Of a DNA stretch of 64,000 nucleotides, positions 60,901 to 64,000 are shown in pieces; the stretch's first letter is position 1; every line of letters begins with the position of its first letter. Source of the DNA: Candidatus Eiseniibacteriota bacterium (GTDB lineage: Bacteria > Eisenbacteria > RBG-16-71-46); NCBI GenBank assembly GCA_044222065.1, contig JBGAOA010000003.1:40302-104301 (forward strand), given 5' to 3'. The notes beneath the pieces are model-generated. The model did not search any database, was not told the DNA's origin, and saw only the letters and a list, made by a program, of their open reading frames with translations. A program made the translations under genes and the position numbers.

Positions 60901-63900
60901 ATGCGCGCGGTCGCGCCGAAGCCGCTCGCGGTTTCGAGCGTCGTGACGAACAGCGTGCGGCCGTCCGCCGTGCGCTCGACCGCGTGCGTCCGTTCGCCGA
61001 ACGGGAAGGACGTCGCGCGGAGCGGGCTCGCCGAGGCGTCGAAGCGGTAGAGCGAGTCGCCGTTCGAGACGACGTAGAAGTCCTCGAGGCCGCTGCCCGG
61101 CACTGCGCCGAAGTAGCGCTGGACGGGGGCGCCCGCCGGGAGCCCCGCGAACAGCACCTGCCCGACGGGACCCGCGGCCGGGTCCATGTTCCACACCACG
61201 AACGACTCGACGCCGGTCGTGTAGATGCCGAGCGCGCGACGCCCGTCGGCCGAGAAGCGGATCTGGCTGAAGATGCCGCCGCTCGGGACGCCGGGATGAT
61301 GCGCGAACGAACTCGCGACGCGCGCCCCGGTCGTCATGTCGAGGATGCGAACGCTGTCGTACGCCGCGATGAGCCAGCGGCCGTCGGGCGAGATGCCGAT
61401 CGCGCTGACCTGCGCGACGGGCGACCAGGGCAGGAGCGTCGGCGACCCGTCCGGCTTGTAGAGGCCGAGGCCCGACAGGCTGCCCGTCGTCGAGCCGAGC
61501 GCGACGTAGCGGCCGAGCGGATCCACGGCGATCGCGCGCACGAGGAAGTGCTCGGTCAGTCCGAAGGTGCCGACGAGCTGCCCGAACGTCGGGCTCGCCG
61601 GATCGGTGTCCACGACCCGCGCGCCGAAATTGCGGGTCGCGACGTACGCGCGGCGGCCGTCGGGCGAGAACTCGGGGCCGCGGATCGGATCGAGCGCGAC
61701 GCTCGCGTCGTCCACGTCCACGCGGCCGAGCACGGTGCCGAAGTTCTGGCTGCCGTTGCGCGAGACGTCGTAGAGGTCGAGGAACACGCCGACGTTTCCG
61801 GTCTGGCGCAGGATCGCGAGCGTGCGGCCGTCGGGCGAGAGCCGCGCGCTGCTCAGGAACCCGACGTACGGATCGGGTCCCGGCTGGATCGTGTCGCGGA
61901 CCGGCAGCGTGCCGACGACGCGCGGCTGGAAGTTCGCGAGCGCGTCCACGACGCGGAACGGCAGCCCGTAGCTGCGCTGGCCGTCGCCGCGCTGGACGAC
62001 CGCCTGCGTCTCGGCCGCGGGCAGGCCCGGCACGCGCGCGCCGACGCCGTCGCTGCCGGCGAAGAGCGCGGCCGCGTTCGCGAGGCCGAAGTCCACGGTC
62101 GTGCCGGCGCCGAACGCCGACGACGAGTCGCCCTGCACCGCGACCACCTGGCCGGGGATCGCGACGTCCGGGACGACGCGCGCGATCGGGGGCGCGCTGC
62201 CGAGCACCTGGTAGATCGAGAGCGAGCGGCCGCCGCGGTTCGCCACCGCGACGATCGTGCCGTTCGCTCCGAGCGACACGGCGACCGGGTGCAGGCCGCT
62301 CGGCACGTTCGCGACCGAGCGCCCGAACAGCGCGCCGGTCGCGGGCCCGAGGCTCACGACGTCGAGCTGGCTCACCGATTCGTTGACGACGTAGGCGGCC
62401 TGGCCCTGCGGCGTCACGACCACGTCGCGCGCCGAGCCGTCGAACGCGAACGGCCCGCCGTTGATCGCGAAGCCGCCGGTCCCGCCGCAGGTGAGCGCGT
62501 TCGTGCCGTCGAGGCCGATCGAGATGCCGCCGCGCACCGGCGTCGGGAAGATGGGCGAGGGATCCGCCGAGCGAATTGCGTTCGCCCACACGCCGGTCGG
62601 CGTGCCGAGCAGCAGCGCGTTGCCGCGCGGATCCACGGTGAGCGAAACGAACGCGCCCTGGCCGCGATCGAAGCCGTGGTTCGCGACGACGCGGTAGAGC
62701 GTCGAGCCGGAGGCGAGGTCGACTTCGTAGATCGCCGAGTCGTTCGCCACGGTGACGAACGCGCGCCGGCCGTCCGGCGAGAGCGCGACCTGGTCGGGCG
62801 CGCCGTCGATCGGGATGGACGCGATCGCGCTGCCGAACGTGCCGAGCGCCGGGTTCGCCTGGAACACGACGACCGCGGAATCGGCCGGCGCGGTGACGAC
62901 CGCGCGCGCGCCGTCGGGCGTGATCGCGATCGACTTCGCGGGGCGGGCGGAGCGCGACACGGGCGTGCGCAGCGGCCCGCCCGAGGCCGAGGCGAGGTTC
63001 ACGGTCGCGACGCCGCCGTCGCCGACGACGAACGCGACGTCGCCCGCGGGAGCGAGCGCGACGTCCTGGGGCGCCCAGCCGAGCGCGATCTCGCCGCCCT
63101 GCGGCGACGGCGACGGCAGCGACGCGGGCGCGAGCACGGTGATGGAAAGCGGGTTGCTCACCTCGCTCGGGTCGGCCTGCGCGCGCTCGCGGGCGGCCTT
63201 GCTGGGCCCGGCCGTCGGGAACTGCTCCACCACGACGAGCGTCGAGCCGGGCGGCAGTCCCTGCGGGACCTGGACCACGATGCTGCTCGGCGAAATGAGC
63301 AGCGGCGAGACTTCGATCGGCGAGCCGCCCGAGGGATAGAACGCGACGAGCGTCGCGACGATCGCGGACTGGGGCGTGTAGCCCGAGCCGGTGAGGGTGA
63401 TGTAGGCGCCGGCGGGCGCCGTGCGCGGTTCGATGTTCGCGATCGAGACGGGCGGCTCGGGCATCGTCGTGAACGCCGTCACGAACGGCCCCGCGAGGTG
63501 CACGCCGTTGCGGTCCGCGAGCGCGGTGCCGATCTCGAGCTCGTAGGTGGCGTCGAACGACAGCGGATCGGACGGCGTGAAGACGAACGTGCGCCCGAAG
63601 TTCGACAGGATGCCCGACCCCGCGAGCGAACTCGTGAGCCCCTGCACGCGGAGCTTGAACGCGTTCTGAAGCGTGGCGGCGTCGATCGGCTCGCTGAACG
63701 TCACCTGGAGCGCGCCGTCGATCTCGATGCCCGTCGCGCCGTCGGCGGGACTCGCCGACAGCACCGTCGGCGCCGTCGTGTCGAGGTTCGTCACGACGTC
63801 CACGCCGGCGAGCGCCGCACCGGCCGTGACCGCGAGCGTGCGCTTCGAGGCCGGATCGTCGGAGGCGGTCTCGACGTCGCTCGCCCACTCGGGCTCGAAC

Positions 63901-64000
63901 GTGCGCGCCGAAGCGATGTCGAGCAGCCGCTGGCTGATGTAGATCGGCGTGAGGCCGTCGAGCACGGAGCCGTCGAGCGCCTGCACGTGCACGCCGTAGT
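57936..64000 (-). CDS. Very large secreted protein: Ig-like (Big_5) and IPT/TIG domains, YVTN-type beta-propellers, C-terminal FlgD-Ig/T9SS-like domain (5' partial)
   Basis: DTTAPTVLSASPADGAT..VTFSEPID, repeated A(I/L)(T/S)PDG..AYV.N, C-terminal PNPARG...LYDVAGRRVKTL..WDG..GVYF; open frame runs past the window end. Confidence 0.88.
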   Translation of the reverse strand, partial: YGVHVQALDGSVLDGLTPIYISQRLLDIASARTFEPEWASDVETASDDPASKRTLAVTAGAALAGVDVVTNLDTTAPTVLSASPADGATGIEIDGALQVTFSEPIDAATLQNAFKLRVQGLTSSLAGSGILSNFGRTFVFTPSDPLSFDATYELEIGTALADRNGVHLAGPFVTAFTTMPEPPVSIANIEPRTAPAGAYITLTGSGYTPQSAIVATLVAFYPSGGSPIEVSPLLISPSSIVVQVPQGLPPGSTLVVVEQFPTAGPSKAARERAQADPSEVSNPLSITVLAPASLPSPSPQGGEIALGWAPQDVALAPAGDVAFVVGDGGVATVNLASASGGPLRTPVSRSARPAKSIAITPDGARAVVTAPADSAVVVFQANPALGTFGSAIASIPIDGAPDQVALSPDGRRAFVTVANDSAIYEVDLASGSTLYRVVANHGFDRGQGAFVSLTVDPRGNALLLGTPTGVWANAIRSADPSPIFPTPVRGGISIGLDGTNALTCGGTGGFAINGGPFAFDGSARDVVVTPQGQAAYVVNESVSQLDVVSLGPATGALFGRSVANVPSGLHPVAVSLGANGTIVAVANRGGRSLSIYQVLGSAPPIARVVPDVAIPGQVVAVQGDSSSAFGAGTTVDFGLANAAALFAGSDGVGARVPGLPAAETQAVVQRGDGQRSYGLPFRVVDALANFQPRVVGTLPVRDTIQPGPDPYVGFLSSARLSPDGRTLAILRQTGNVGVFLDLYDVSRNGSQNFGTVLGRVDVDDASVALDPIRGPEFSPDGRRAYVATRNFGARVVDTDPASPTFGQLVGTFGLTEHFLVRAIAVDPLGRYVALGSTTGSLSGLGLYKPDGSPTLLPWSPVAQVSAIGISPDGRWLIAAYDSVRILDMTTGARVASSFAHHPGVPSGGIFSQIRFSADGRRALGIYTTGVESFVVWNMDPAAGPVGQVLFAGLPAGAPVQRYFGAVPGSGLEDFYVVSNGDSLYRFDASASPLRATSFPFGERTHAVERTADGRTLFVTTLETASGFGATARIRTVTTTEATQLAVVAGDQQSGPPGTTLPQAARVRATGPQGQPAPGALVEFALTSGSGSFPGANTTLLVRTTDSNGEASVPWTLPASGANAYLNARVLGVEPAHATLTAHVVLSDAEIAPEITAISPPDGATNLNATTPIAVRFTQKMAANATSAIGLSANGASVAGTWRAEDEGRFLVFQPSQRLPYSANCVITVQPGARDTDGQPLASGATSSFTVQAPPAVRIAAIQPPAGPVGAAVAIAGEGFDAIAAQNVVTFNGTAGPVTGAEPGSITSVVPLAATSGPVTVTANAATSPGVNFIVLPPNPTLGGAVGDLDASQGIRDLAITPDGKRGYVTNPSLNTLTALDLVAATSITSVTVGLRPQSVAILPAPLRAYVANTGSNSVSVVDVDPASPDYHRVIQSIPVGEAPVDIVVSAAGPKVFVLNSGTNDLSVIDANPGNATFDQVVTTVNTGSGGGTAVAISADGTLALVACASGVVIIDLRTQRVVTTVNTGSGGGTAVAISADGTMAVALNAAGQLFVIQLAPGTNQYKVVTTVNTGSGGGTAVAISADGTRAFVTDYDQNVVLVYVIGTGAGSGASTVLPVAPVSLTLERTIPTGPAPTALAVNPLGLVRLYVVNSGDGTVRVIGTPDALPVVPVDFEFRPSTLNIRSVGRWVTGEITLPAPYRACDVDLASLRLNGVVPADTTHHHGHGDDSGYAGAGDDANGGGHGHGDGDDRDDDEDGTPDCNESTLTVKFDRRAVMLAVAPGDSVEVCVTGLVSGLRFAGCDTIRVKYGRVHCPVPPRDLHPGERADMDWETPRDLHVNWVAVLHQFPGDSLWTLDADHVANDGRYTWTAPARIGEGVRVAIVWVENQLTPDSTLAIVDAPLQVEGVLAMSEPFAVLGSTDVEPAPLALELAPVMPNPARGAATLRFGLPRRARVRLDLYDVAGRRVKTLADGVLEAGWHAAKWDGAADGSARARAGVYFAKLRVDGEERRHTFVWLK
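59235..59561 (-). repeat. Three near-identical in-frame 66-bp repeats (VVTTVNTGSGGGTAVAISADGT)
   Basis: Copies at 59235-59300, 59373-59438 and 59496-59561; copies 2 and 3 each differ from copy 1 by one synonymous base. Confidence 0.93.

Overview
Very GC-rich (roughly 70-75% by eye) bacterial chromosomal segment with about 52 protein-coding genes. I saw no rRNA, tRNA, CRISPR array, transposase or integrase. Most long ORFs in the supplied track are GC-rich shadow frames. The gene content (diderm envelope proteins, three large secreted proteins sharing a FlgD-Ig/T9SS-like C-terminal domain, an ADOP-type permease, glyQ/glyS) suggests an FCB-related candidate phylum such as Ca. Eisenbacteria; this is inference only. 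Main blocks in order: (1) ECF sigma/anti-sigma flanked by two DUF4097 genes; (2) adaptor-ABC ATPase-ADOP permease with a sigma54 two-component pair; (3) a TetR-headed anaerobic benzoyl-CoA dearomatisation operon (had, oah, SDR, thiolase+DUF35, dch, bcrCBAD, small CxxC protein); (4) hybrid kinase, degenerate kinase, sigma54 activator and a downstream sigma54 promoter; (5) a 1.8-kb gene bracketed by 80-bp direct repeats of the neighbouring EamA 3' end; (6) methylcrotonyl-CoA carboxylase-type genes split over two loci; (7) the phoH-HD-ybeY-recO-glyQS housekeeping block; (8) a frameshifted Ser/Thr kinase and a >2000-aa secreted beta-propeller/Ig protein truncated by the window end. The best candidates for new biology are the variant benzoyl-CoA reductase operon with its extra genes, the putative ChpT-like sigma54 phosphorelay, and the repeat-bounded gene cassette.
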